Positions 16,638 to 25,179 of a stretch of 42,338 bases of DNA are shown one piece after another; position 1 is the first letter of the stretch; the number at the start of each line of letters is the position of its first letter. The translations under genes and the position numbers were made by a program. The notes beneath the pieces are model-generated. The model had not been told where the DNA came from and did no database searches. It was given only the letters and a program-made list of their open reading frames with translations. Origin of the DNA: Dehalococcoidia bacterium (lineage in GTDB: Bacteria > Chloroflexota > Dehalococcoidia > GIF9 > AB-539-J10); contig JAUWYE010000002.1 of the NCBI GenBank assembly GCA_030615965.1, forward strand, positions 1 through 42,338, given 5' to 3'.

Positions 16638-18989
16638 TTGAGCCAATTGGCGAATTACAGTTTACCCGAATTATTGAAAATGGCTGTGAAGGTGCGTCAG
16701 ATGGAAATCAGTCCGGAGCTAAAGACCCAGATTAAAGGGTATCTGGAGCAGCAGGGGCATGAAGTAACCGATGGAGCCAAGCTTCTCGGAAAGTCAGGGA
16801 TTGAGCATACCTTTGAAATGCTGGCTCAAAGAGACGATGGTTTTACTAGCTACACTATTGCTATCAACATTGCTGCTGGTGGTGATAAGGAGACAGAAAT
16901 GGGCACTATTTTCAACTTTGCTAATAAAGCCTACGATTGCGGCATCATTGACAGGCTTCTTATTGCCGTCCCTGAACTCAGTCAGGAAGCGAAACAGTTG
17001 GCCAGCAGGCAGCGAATAAAGGTTATCGATGGAGAACTAATTGAGACACTATTAACCTGGAAACCCACGCAATCAGTTAAGCCCAGGGAGCCGGTTAAGT
17101 TTGAGACAAAGGAGCAACTGCTCAAATCTTTAGTCGACCTGGGCTATATCGTAGAGGAGAAAGCCAAAGCCAAAAGCAAGTCGGGACTTGAATATACCTT
17201 TGATATCCTGGCTCATACTAACAACGGTCATGTTGCTCATATCTTGGGTATAGATTTCCTGAATGGGGAGAAAGAAGTGAGCCTGGAACAGGTAATCTTA
17301 TTTGATACTAAAGCCTACGACACTGAAACTACTGGCAAAGTCATTGTCGTATCCCCAGGGATTAGCTCTGAAGCAAGACAATTTGCCCAGCACCAGGGGA
17401 TAAGAGTTTTTGAGTTGAATCAAAAACCAGTTTCTGAACCTGTGACCGAAGAAATGCCTGGCCAGCCAAAAGAGAAGCCAGCCAAATCAGATAAGCCTCG
17501 AGCCAAGCTACTGAAGCAGCTGCCCCAGCCTGAGGCATTACAGTTGATTCCCGAGGTGATGGCCAGAAGGTATAATGCCATACCCCTGACTATATCTGGT
17601 AGGACAATGGAAGTGGCTATGGCAGACCCGACCGATATCTTTGCCCTGGAGGCTCTTGCCGCCCAGAGCCGAATGAGGATTAAGCCTGTGGCTGCCACTG
17701 CCCAGGAAATCAGGGACGCTATTGACTTCAATTATAAGTCCTTTGGCGAAATTGCAGAGCATATTTCTCGTATCTCCATCCCGGCTGAAGAAACTGATGA
17801 GAAGGTTGTCCTTCGTGCTGCTACTGATACTCCGCTGGTTCAGGCTCTCAACCTCATAATTGAAGAGGCAATCAAAGCCCGAGCATCTGACATTCATATT
17901 GAGCCACAAGAAGATAGAGTGCGAATACGCTACCGTATAGATGGCACTCTTCAAGATACGATGTCTCTACCTATAAGTGTACATCGAGCACTCATTTCAC
18001 GCATCAAAATCCTGGCTGAACTGAACATCGCTGACCATTTTCGTCCTCAAGATGGTCAATTCTCTACCAAGGCTAAAGGGCGAGAGATAGATGTCAGAGT
18101 TGCTACCGCTCCCACTGTCTCGGGGGAGAGATCAACCCTGCGACTTCTGGATAAGTCACTGGCTACTCTGGGGTTACCAGAACTCGGTCTACTCCCTGAT
18201 AGCCTGGCAAAGTACGAAGATATGCTCAAGATTCCCTATGGTATGATTCTGGTTAGCGGTCCCACCGGAGCTGGCAAAACTACCACTCTATATGCCGCAA
18301 TCAATTCTCTTGATACACAGGGGAGAAACATCATTACTATTGAAGACCCTGCCGAATACCGATTTAAGGATATTAACCAGATTCAGGTTAACCCACAGGC
18401 GGGCATTACCTTTGCCAGTGGCTTGAGGGCTATACTGCGTCTTGACCCCGATGTAATATTGGTCGGCGAGATACGTGATGCCGAGACAGCTAACATAGCT
18501 ATTCAGGCAGCCTTAACCGGACACCTGGTGCTGTCTTCTATCCACGCTAATGATGTTGCCGGTGTGCTCACCCGTCTAATTGACCTGAAAGTAGAGCCTT
18601 TCCTGGTAGCCTCAGCAGTTATTGGTGTTGTTGCCCAGCGGATGGTGCGCTGCGTCTGCCCTGATTGTAGTCGCCCTATTGAGACCCCCTTGGTCGAGCA
18701 GATAGCTTATGAAAAGGAAATGGGGGAGAAGCAGACCAAGTTCCTCTACGGTACCGGCTGTAAGTCCTGCGCCTATACCGGTTACCTGGGGCGTACGGGA
18801 ATCTTTGAGATTCTAACTACGAGCGACTCCACAAGAACGATGGTCTGTAATCGAGACAACAGTAGTGTTATCCGAGAGCAGGCACTTAAAGACGGTATGA
18901 TATCTATGATAAACGATGGTATGCGCAAGGTAAAGGCAGGTATTACCACTCCCTCTGAGGTGCTGCGTAATGCCTACATTACAACTTAG
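16638..18989 (+). CDS. pilB: Type IV pilus extension ATPase PilB/GspE with a ~290-aa N-terminal extension carrying two Mrr-like domains
   Basis: The T2SSE_N domain reads LIPEVMARRYNAIPL...VAMADPTDIFALEAL. Walker A is GPTGAGKTTTL, Walker B is DPDVILVGEIRD, the His box is SSIHAND, and the tetra-Cys motif is CPDC...CKSC. The TTG start at 16638 is uncertain; an alternative ATG lies at 16680. Confidence 0.9.
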   Translation: MSQLANYSLPELLKMAVKVRQMEISPELKTQIKGYLEQQGHEVTDGAKLLGKSGIEHTFEMLAQRDDGFTSYTIAINIAAGGDKETEMGTIFNFANKAYDCGIIDRLLIAVPELSQEAKQLASRQRIKVIDGELIETLLTWKPTQSVKPREPVKFETKEQLLKSLVDLGYIVEEKAKAKSKSGLEYTFDILAHTNNGHVAHILGIDFLNGEKEVSLEQVILFDTKAYDTETTGKVIVVSPGISSEARQFAQHQGIRVFELNQKPVSEPVTEEMPGQPKEKPAKSDKPRAKLLKQLPQPEALQLIPEVMARRYNAIPLTISGRTMEVAMADPTDIFALEALAAQSRMRIKPVAATAQEIRDAIDFNYKSFGEIAEHISRISIPAEETDEKVVLRAATDTPLVQALNLIIEEAIKARASDIHIEPQEDRVRIRYRIDGTLQDTMSLPISVHRALISRIKILAELNIADHFRPQDGQFSTKAKGREIDVRVATAPTVSGERSTLRLLDKSLATLGLPELGLLPDSLAKYEDMLKIPYGMILVSGPTGAGKTTTLYAAINSLDTQGRNIITIEDPAEYRFKDINQIQVNPQAGITFASGLRAILRLDPDVILVGEIRDAETANIAIQAALTGHLVLSSIHANDVAGVLTRLIDLKVEPFLVASAVIGVVAQRMVRCVCPDCSRPIETPLVEQIAYEKEMGEKQTKFLYGTGCKSCAYTGYLGRTGIFEILTTSDSTRTMVCNRDNSSVIREQALKDGMISMINDGMRKVKAGITTPSEVLRNAYITT

Positions 18990-19007
18990 CCGCTTGGAGG
19001 TTTGTAA

Positions 19008-20219
19008 ATGGATTTCGTTTATACGGCTTATACTGAAGATAAAAAATTAGTTAAGGGCAAGGTTTCCTCTATCAGCGAAGAGGCGGCAACCGAGCTGTTG
19101 AGCTATGGCGGCTATCGGGTCGTTAGCCTTAAGAAAGTCGTTCCCTTGTTTGATAAGGAAAAACTACTAGCCCGCTTTTCTCAGATAAAGCCGTCAGAAA
19201 TAATCATGCTTTCCCGCCAGCTAGCGTTACTCCTGGAATCCGGCACCGATATTGTTACTTCTTTAGACTTGTTACAAGTCCAGACAGATAATCAAACCTT
19301 GAGGAAAATACTTGGTGAGGTATCCTCAGATATTCGCGGTGGTAGCTCACTGTCAAAGGCTCTAAGCAAGTACCCTCGGGCTTTTTCTACAATGTACTCC
19401 CAGGCAATAGCTGCTGGTGAGCAAGGTGGTAACATGGAGGTGGTGCTGAGGCAAATGGCCGATTATCTGGAGAGGGGAGCCACCACTGAGAAGAAGATAA
19501 AAGGTGCCTTGACCTATCCCTTTATGGTGGTTCTTGTAGCTGTTGTTGTGGTAGTGATACTGATCACCTTTGTTTTCCCCAGCTTTATCGGCTTCTATGC
19601 TGAAATTGGAGCTGAGTTGCCTCTGGCCACCAGAATGCTTATCGGCATTACCAATTGGTTTGGCCATTATGGGCTTTATCTTCTGATTGTGATTTTAGCT
19701 GCTGTTGGTGCCACCTATGCCTATATCAAGACCCCAGCCGGGAAATACCGTTGGCACAAAATGATGCTTCGTTTGCCTGTAATCGGGCGTATTATCCAAC
19801 TTAGTGAGCTTTCTCGGTGTTGCCGCACTATGTCATTGTTAATCAGAGTCGGCTTACCCCTACCAGAAGTCATGGCGGCAACCATCCGCGGTACTACCAA
19901 TAAGGCTATAGCGGAGAGTCTGACCGAGGTTCAGCAAGCGTTAATCAGAGGTGAAGGCTTGGCCCAACCTATGGCCAAGAGGGACCTCTTCTTGCCTCTG
20001 ATGACGCAGATGGTGAGCGTTGGTGAGGAAACCGGTAATCTCGAGAACACACTAGTTACTGTAGCCGAAAGCTTTGAGACCGAGACTAATGATAAGACCA
20101 CTGCGGCTGTGGCGCTAATTCAGCCAGTGATAACGGTGTTTCTCGGTTTAGGGGTTGGTTTTGTTGTCTTAGCCATGTTGTCAGCTATGTATTCTGTCTA
20201 TGGTCAGCTAAATATCTAG
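19008..20219 (+). CDS. pilC: Type IV pilus platform protein PilC/GspF
   Basis: 403 aa with two T2SSF repeats (SRQLALLLESG and SRCCRTMSLLIRVG) and 3 TM helices. A GGAGG sequence lies 8 nt upstream of the ATG. Confidence 0.9.
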   Translation: MDFVYTAYTEDKKLVKGKVSSISEEAATELLSYGGYRVVSLKKVVPLFDKEKLLARFSQIKPSEIIMLSRQLALLLESGTDIVTSLDLLQVQTDNQTLRKILGEVSSDIRGGSSLSKALSKYPRAFSTMYSQAIAAGEQGGNMEVVLRQMADYLERGATTEKKIKGALTYPFMVVLVAVVVVVILITFVFPSFIGFYAEIGAELPLATRMLIGITNWFGHYGLYLLIVILAAVGATYAYIKTPAGKYRWHKMMLRLPVIGRIIQLSELSRCCRTMSLLIRVGLPLPEVMAATIRGTTNKAIAESLTEVQQALIRGEGLAQPMAKRDLFLPLMTQMVSVGEETGNLENTLVTVAESFETETNDKTTAAVALIQPVITVFLGLGVGFVVLAMLSAMYSVYGQLNI

Positions 20220-20275
20220 GTGAGGGTTATCAGGGGGTCATATATGGCAATTTGCAGGAATGGTGGCACAAAAGT

Positions 20276-20451
20276 CCCCCTGTCATTGCGAGTCCCGATT
20301 TATCGGGACGAAGCAATCTCGTGCGCCCTTCTGTCATTGCGAGGAGCCCCGATGAATCGGGACGACGAGGCAATCTCAGGGGCAAGGGAATCGCCACGCA
20401 CTCCCCACCTGTCATTGCGAGTCCCGATTTATCGGGACGAAGCAATCTCGG
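20276..20451 (+). repeat. Three tandemly spaced copies of the family G repeat
   Basis: Units lie at 20276-20321, 20331-20380 (variant) and 20406-20451. The unit is ccctGTCATTGCGAGtcccgatttatcgggaCGAAGCAATCTCg, with an internal TCCCGA-TTTA-TCGGGA hairpin. Confidence 0.9.
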
Positions 20452-20487
20452 TGGGGCAGGGGGATTGCCGTGAGCATTCTTAGGAAA

Positions 20488-20943
20488 ATGAAAAAACTAA
20501 GACTGAATAGCCAGGCAAGGAAAGCCTTTCAAGGCAGCTCAAGGGGCTTCACTCTGGTTGAGATAGTGATAGCTATAGCTCTTCTGGGGGTAATTGCTGT
20601 CGCCATTTTAAGCTCCCTATCCTATGCCTCCACGATTCTCATCATTGCCGATAGGCGGGCCACTGCCGAAAGCCTGGCCCGAAGCCAGATGGAATATGTT
20701 AAGAACGAACCGTACATTGACTATTCCGAGCTTGGCCACGGCGATTATGACTTGATAACGATTCTTGACGGTGAGGAGTATGAGCTTGAGCCTGTTATTG
20801 TTGAGCAGCTTGAGGTCGGACTTCAGAAGATAACGGTGACTGTTAGCTATGAGATTCTCAGGTATAACATTAGCACCCATGGCTCTAAAGCAGTACAAGA
20901 ACAATTTACCCTGGATGGCTATAAGAGAGAGCCGGTGACATAG
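20488..20943 (+). CDS. Minor pilin or pseudopilin with a prepilin-type N-terminal cleavage/methylation signal
   Basis: The class III signal is QGSSRG|FTLVEIVIAIALLGVIAV, with Glu at +5. I placed the start at the ATG at 20488 (MKKLRL); the ORF track starts at GTG 20470. Confidence 0.8.
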   Translation: MKKLRLNSQARKAFQGSSRGFTLVEIVIAIALLGVIAVAILSSLSYASTILIIADRRATAESLARSQMEYVKNEPYIDYSELGHGDYDLITILDGEEYELEPVIVEQLEVGLQKITVTVSYEILRYNISTHGSKAVQEQFTLDGYKREPVT

Positions 20944-21031
20944 AGAGGTATAGAAAATTCCGAAATCGCAAATTACAAATGGGAGCTTGGAATTTGGAAT
21001 TTCTATAGAGTCGCGATTGAATCTTAAACAA

Positions 21032-21562
21032 ATGAAGATGAAAAAGCTAAAGAAGGACCAGAGGGGCATTACCCTGATTGAGCTGGTAATAGCCTTCGCT
21101 ATTACTGGCATCATCACCGCCGCCATTACCATGGCCGTTTTTCAGGTGTTTACCATGAACACCCGCACCTCTAACCGCATGGCCGCTGTGAGCCAGGTGC
21201 AACACGCTGGCAAACTGGTCAGCGAAGATATCCTGAAGGCTCAGCCTGCTAAAATAGATGATACCCCGCCAGATGGAAAATTTCTCGTTTTAGGTTGGAC
21301 TGCTCAGAATGGTGCGGAGCATGAGGTTATTTATACTTTAGAGGCTATGCCGCCGTCTGGCTTATTGAAGATACTCTGGCGAGAGCACCGTATTAACTCA
21401 GTCCCTAGTCCCACTACAAAGGTGGCTGAATATATTGACTCTGACCCTGACCAGACTAGGTATGATTGGGATGGTGAGGTGCTCACTTTCAAGGTGACCG
21501 CCAACGTGGGCGGACAAAGTGAGACCAGGGAATATGAAGTTATGCCCAGACCGGGCTCATAA
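21032..21562 (+). CDS. Minor pilin with a prepilin-type N-terminal signal
   Basis: The signal is KKDQRG|ITLIELVIAFAITGIITAA, with Glu at +5. I placed the start at the ATG at 21032 (MKMKKL). Confidence 0.8.
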   Translation: MKMKKLKKDQRGITLIELVIAFAITGIITAAITMAVFQVFTMNTRTSNRMAAVSQVQHAGKLVSEDILKAQPAKIDDTPPDGKFLVLGWTAQNGAEHEVIYTLEAMPPSGLLKILWREHRINSVPSPTTKVAEYIDSDPDQTRYDWDGEVLTFKVTANVGGQSETREYEVMPRPGS

Positions 21563-21776
21563 TAGAAATCCAAAAATCAAAGGCCAAAAATCAAAATGAC
21601 AAACCAAAACGCAAAACTTAAAATGCTTATACCTCTGCTTGCATCTTTGCTTTTTACATTTTAATTTATCGAGGCGTGAAGGAATCCTTTCCTTCACAAT
21701 TCAAATCCCAAATCCTAAATGCCGATTTCCTCCCGACAATGTCGGGACAAAGTCGGGACAATATCAAATGACAAAA

Positions 21777-21824
21777 AGAACTAGTTTTGGCATTTAAGCA
21801 TTTGGATTTTGACATTTGGATTTG
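21777..21824 (+). repeat. Repeat module A, copy 3
   Basis: The sequence aagaactagttttggcatttaagcatttggattttgacatttggatttg is identical by eye to the first 48 nt of 26617-26684. Confidence 0.85.
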
Positions 21825-21986
21825 TTTGGGGCAATGACATCCCCCCTGTCATTGCGAGGAGCGAGATTCCTCGCTTGTGCTTCGGAACAGGCTCCGCAAT
21901 CTCGGTGTGCTTCCTTACTTACACCCAGAACAGCTTCCTTTGACAGTGTTCGCCGGCCTATATATAATTCCTGTGGAGGCATAATT

Positions 21987-22250
21987 ATGTTGACGGAGTA
22001 CGTTGAGCGGGCGATGAGCAAAGCTGTGTATGAGAAGCTCGAAGATGGTACCTATTGTGGCAAGATTCCTGAATGCCATGGGACAATTGCTTTTGGTGAA
22101 ACGCTTTATCAGTGCCAAAGTGAGTTGAGATCGGTTCTCGAAGGCTGGCTGCTGGTCAAGATAAGGCATGGTGACCACCTGCCTGTTATAGATGGACTCG
22201 ACCTAAACAGGGGCATACCAATACTTGAGGAAACTGTAGCCCATGGCTAA
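21987..22250 (+). CDS. hicB: HicB-family antitoxin (module 1)
   Basis: MLTEYVERAMSKAVYEKLEDGTYCGKIPECHGTIAFGETLYQCQSELRSVLEGWL is a paralogue of 28622..28882. GGAGG lies 7 nt upstream of the ATG at 21987. The longer ORF from 21816 runs through repeats. Confidence 0.8.
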   Translation: MLTEYVERAMSKAVYEKLEDGTYCGKIPECHGTIAFGETLYQCQSELRSVLEGWLLVKIRHGDHLPVIDGLDLNRGIPILEETVAHG

Positions 22251-22476
22251 ATGGGCACCGTGCAAACGCCAGGTTTTTATAAGGAAATTAGTTAGATTGG
22301 GTTTTAGCCCACCTGAGCCAGGTGGGCGTCATTTTTATATGCGCTATGGGACACATACCTTGGCTATTCCCAACAATGCTGAATACTCTGTGCCTCAGCT
22401 CAAGACACTTCTCAAGGAAGTGGCACAGATTATGGGAAGGGGGATTTCCTTGCAGGAGTGGCAAGGTCTTTCCTGA
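22243..22476 (+). CDS. hicA: HicA-family mRNA interferase toxin (module 1)
   Basis: 77 aa, reading KRQVFIRKLVRLGFSPPEPGGRHFYMRYG. This is the YcfA/HicA pattern with a conserved His. It overlaps hicB by 8 nt. Confidence 0.8.
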   Translation: MAKWAPCKRQVFIRKLVRLGFSPPEPGGRHFYMRYGTHTLAIPNNAEYSVPQLKTLLKEVAQIMGRGISLQEWQGLS

Positions 22477-22626
22477 GAAATTTGGAGATTGGGTTTTGGG
22501 ATTTAGAATTTAGCCAATGGGCTTGCCGCGCCTCGCTCAGAATGACACATCCCCCCTGTCATTGCGAGTCCCGATTTATCGGGACGAAGCAATCTCGTGG
22601 AGGACAATGATAGTACAGATGGACTA

Positions 22627-22654
22627 TTGACGCCAAAGATGATTACGCTATACT
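22627..22654 (+). promoter_or_regulatory. Candidate promoter P2 (PilX-like gene)
   Basis: TTGACG, a 16-nt spacer and TATACT. A second extended -10 element, TGGTATAAT, lies at 22672-22680. Confidence 0.5.
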
Positions 22655-22693
22655 AATAGTATACTGCTACCTGGTATAATGGGGGGTGAGGTG

Positions 22694-23821
22694 ATGAAAA
22701 TTGCCATGAAGAGATTAATAAGAGATGAAAAAGGGCAGGCGCTGGTCCTGGTCCTGATTCTGCTTCTTGTCGGCGGGCTCATCATCGCTCCCTTGCTGGC
22801 TTATATGGGCACCGGACTTATCGCCGGTAAGGTCTATGAGAGGAGGACGGCTGAGCTTTATGCCGCCGATGCCGGGGTGGAGGACGCGGTATGGAAGATA
22901 CAGCATCAAGTAGCTGGAGTGGAGGGATTGGATAATTGTTACCCGGACTGGTCTTACAATATGACCGACGTTAATGACAAAAGCGTGGATGTTACCATAA
23001 CATGGGTGGATGGTCGAACTTATCGCGTCGTATCAACAGCTACTGGCGATGGCAGCGGGACCCAAATAGATGCTTATGTTGCCAGTGTGTATGGTAATTA
23101 TTCCGGCATAACGAATCAAGTTATTACCAGCCAGGGTGACATTATCCTCCAACCTGGTGTGGATGTCACCCCTGAAGAGGGAGAGAATGCCGCGGTAGAG
23201 TATTATGTTGGTCCCTGGCCGACAGCGGATGAGCTTGCTGCTTGGTACTGGCAGGATGTCGAAGGCGGGACGCACTACGATTCAGACACTGAAATAGACC
23301 TTAACGGCGTTGACAAGGATTTAGGGCCGCTATATGTAGAGGGCGAATTGGATATCGTGAACTCAAGTAATACTCCCGCTACTTTAACCCTTACTGGAAC
23401 TATTTACATTACCGGTGACACACTAATCGGCAAGACTGGCAAAGACTTTACCCTTGAATTAAATGGTCATACTATCTTTGTTGAGAGCGATTCTGCTGAC
23501 CCCCAAAAAGCACTTTGGATAGGGGGGCAGTGTAGCATCGTCGGTCCCGGCGCTATTATGGCTGTAGGGGACATCTATTTTGAACCAAACATAGAAGCAG
23601 GTATGACCGACCCCATATTTATAATGTCAGTTTCGGGCGAAACCCTTTTAAATCCCGGAGGTGATTTCTACGGTTCTGTAGCTGGTAGTGTCCAGGTGCA
23701 ATTACAACCCGGCATAAGCCTGAATTATCCAGAAGGGGGTTTTGGGGACCTTAACTTCCCCGGTTGTAGTGGAACTCAGCTAATTTACAGCATTGCTTCG
23801 TGGGATATTAACCAGCAATAG
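22694..23821 (+). CDS. PilX-N-like pilus-associated protein with a large, probably beta-rich C-terminal domain
   Basis: The N-terminus EKGQALVLVLILLLVGGLIIAPLL...YAADAGVEDAVWKI resembles PilX_N. It has no Glu at +5. The choice of start (22679, 22694 or 22706) is uncertain. Confidence 0.55.
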   Translation: MKIAMKRLIRDEKGQALVLVLILLLVGGLIIAPLLAYMGTGLIAGKVYERRTAELYAADAGVEDAVWKIQHQVAGVEGLDNCYPDWSYNMTDVNDKSVDVTITWVDGRTYRVVSTATGDGSGTQIDAYVASVYGNYSGITNQVITSQGDIILQPGVDVTPEEGENAAVEYYVGPWPTADELAAWYWQDVEGGTHYDSDTEIDLNGVDKDLGPLYVEGELDIVNSSNTPATLTLTGTIYITGDTLIGKTGKDFTLELNGHTIFVESDSADPQKALWIGGQCSIVGPGAIMAVGDIYFEPNIEAGMTDPIFIMSVSGETLLNPGGDFYGSVAGSVQVQLQPGISLNYPEGGFGDLNFPGCSGTQLIYSIASWDINQQ

Positions 23822-24087
23822 GATGGGTTAATCAGATTTGAATTATAAAGGAGGCGGCATTTATATGTCGCCCTACGGGGTTTATTAGGCGAATGCGCTA
23901 TTTAATAATGTGGTTGCCCAATTTATTTAGCAACCTCCTTTGTCATTGCGAGGCACGACAGTGCCGAAGCAATCTCGGTGATGGAGGCAGGGGATTGCCG
24001 CGCACCTTTCAGGGGCTCGCAATGACAAAAAGCGTTGTGCTCCGATTTCATCGGAGCAACTACTTATGCTGGAAAGGAAGATAGGAA

Positions 24088-24303
24088 ATGAAGCAAATTA
24101 CTGTTACCGCCGAATTGATAAAAGAGGAAGAAGGGGGCTATACCGTCTACTGCCCAGAATTAGATATTTATACTCAGGGAGACGATGTAAAAGACGCTAT
24201 CAAAAACCTTAAAGAGGCTGCCGAACTTCACATAGAAGAGTTGGGAATCGAGAACATCAAGCTGAAAAAAATACAGCGGAGACAGATAGAAATGGTAATT
24301 TGA
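24088..24303 (+). CDS. hicB: HicB-like (UPF0150) antitoxin (module 2)
   Basis: 71 aa, reading TAELIKEEEGGYTVYCPELDIYTQGDDVKDAIKNLKEAAELHIEE. Confidence 0.7.
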   Translation: MKQITVTAELIKEEEGGYTVYCPELDIYTQGDDVKDAIKNLKEAAELHIEELGIENIKLKKIQRRQIEMVI

Positions 24304-24304
24304 G

Positions 24305-24541
24305 ATGTCCAGATTGCCAAGGATAACAGGAAAGGAATTGGCGAAGGCGTTGCAAAAGGAGGGCTTTGAAATTACACGGCAAAGGGGAAGCCACGTGCAG
24401 ATGACAAAGTATATTGACGGCGAGAAATTAACCTTTCCTGTTCCCGTCCATGCTGGCAAAATCGTTAAACAAGGGACTTTAAAGGGAATACTGAGGAAGG
24501 CAAACATTTCTGTGGAGCGACTGGAGAGACTCCTTAGATGA
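24305..24541 (+). CDS. hicA: HicA-family toxin (module 2)
   Basis: 78 aa, reading ITGKELAKALQKEGFEITRQRGSHVQM. It starts 1 nt after the hicB stop. Confidence 0.8.
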   Translation: MSRLPRITGKELAKALQKEGFEITRQRGSHVQMTKYIDGEKLTFPVPVHAGKIVKQGTLKGILRKANISVERLERLLR

Positions 24542-24622
24542 TTGAAAAAGACAAACATTTCCGGGGGACTAGTGGACAGATTTATTAGACAATGGTATAT
24601 TACCGAGGAAGCGGAGTAGTTT

Positions 24623-25177
24623 ATGAAGCTGAGTAAGAAGGTTTGGCTGATTATAGGAATCGCCATTCTCGCTATCGTCCTCGCCGTCCTGTTCTCGAAT
24701 TACTCCGGGCTGGCTGGAGAGCGGAAGCAATTAGAGAACGACCTCTCGGATGCTCAAGATCTCTTGCCTAGGCTCACTGTTGAAAAGGGAGACCTGAAAA
24801 ACCAACTCGCTCAAGCTCAGTCATTGCTTGACAGTAGCCGGGCAAAATTCCCTGAATCAGTGACGAGCATTGAATACGGCGAGGACTTATTTGAGATTGC
24901 TGACGATTGTACTGTGGAGATAACCAGGCTCACTGCATCAATGCCGACTGACAAAGAAGCAGGAGGTTCTACCTATTCTGTTTCTTCATTTGCGGTAAGT
25001 GTCAGGGGTGACGTGGATGACATACTGGATTTTGTAGACGCTTTGAGGGCCGGTGTGGATTTTCAACTACCGTGGAGTGCTGAGCTGACGGCAGTAAAAA
25101 TCAATTATGCCGGTGAAGAAGATACCGCAGGAACAGCTACCATCAACCTGGATATCTATGCCTATAAAGGTGAATAA
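24623..25177 (+). CDS. pilO: PilO-like pilus alignment protein (TM anchor + coiled coil + globular domain)
   Basis: 184 aa. The N-terminal TM segment is VWLIIGIAILAIVLAVLF, followed by the coiled coil ERKQLENDLSDAQDLL...NQLAQAQSLL. The call rests on architecture and genomic context. Confidence 0.5.
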   Translation: MKLSKKVWLIIGIAILAIVLAVLFSNYSGLAGERKQLENDLSDAQDLLPRLTVEKGDLKNQLAQAQSLLDSSRAKFPESVTSIEYGEDLFEIADDCTVEITRLTASMPTDKEAGGSTYSVSSFAVSVRGDVDDILDFVDALRAGVDFQLPWSAELTAVKINYAGEEDTAGTATINLDIYAYKGE

Positions 25178-25179
25178 AC

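Noticed and set aside
20276-20451. Possible CRISPR array: three ~45-nt repeats with short spacers.
   Set aside because: The spacers are only ~10-25 nt and irregular, and the middle unit is a divergent variant. The same unit is dispersed singly and in both orientations across the window. No cas genes or leader are present.
20220-20483. ORFs of 71-87 aa on both strands (20220..20483, 20252..20473, 20230..20445) between pilC and the first minor pilin.
   Set aside because: They are composed entirely of three family G repeat units. Their peptides (RVPIYRDEAIS / VIASPDLSGRSNL) recur wherever the repeat occurs, in any frame. The same applies to 8088..8333, 7973..8212 (tail), 23893..24084, 28187..28402, 12434..12616 and the 5' extension of 21816..22250.
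20276-24085. Integron-like cassette array, with TA cassettes separated by imperfect palindromes as attC candidates (CALIN).
   Set aside because: The palindromes end in GTCAT/ATGAC rather than the RYYYAAC/GTTRRRY attC core. Their orientation is not uniform, the cassettes include core pilus genes, and no intI is present. I cannot exclude it without an attC covariance-model scan (IntegronFinder), so it is noted only as a check.
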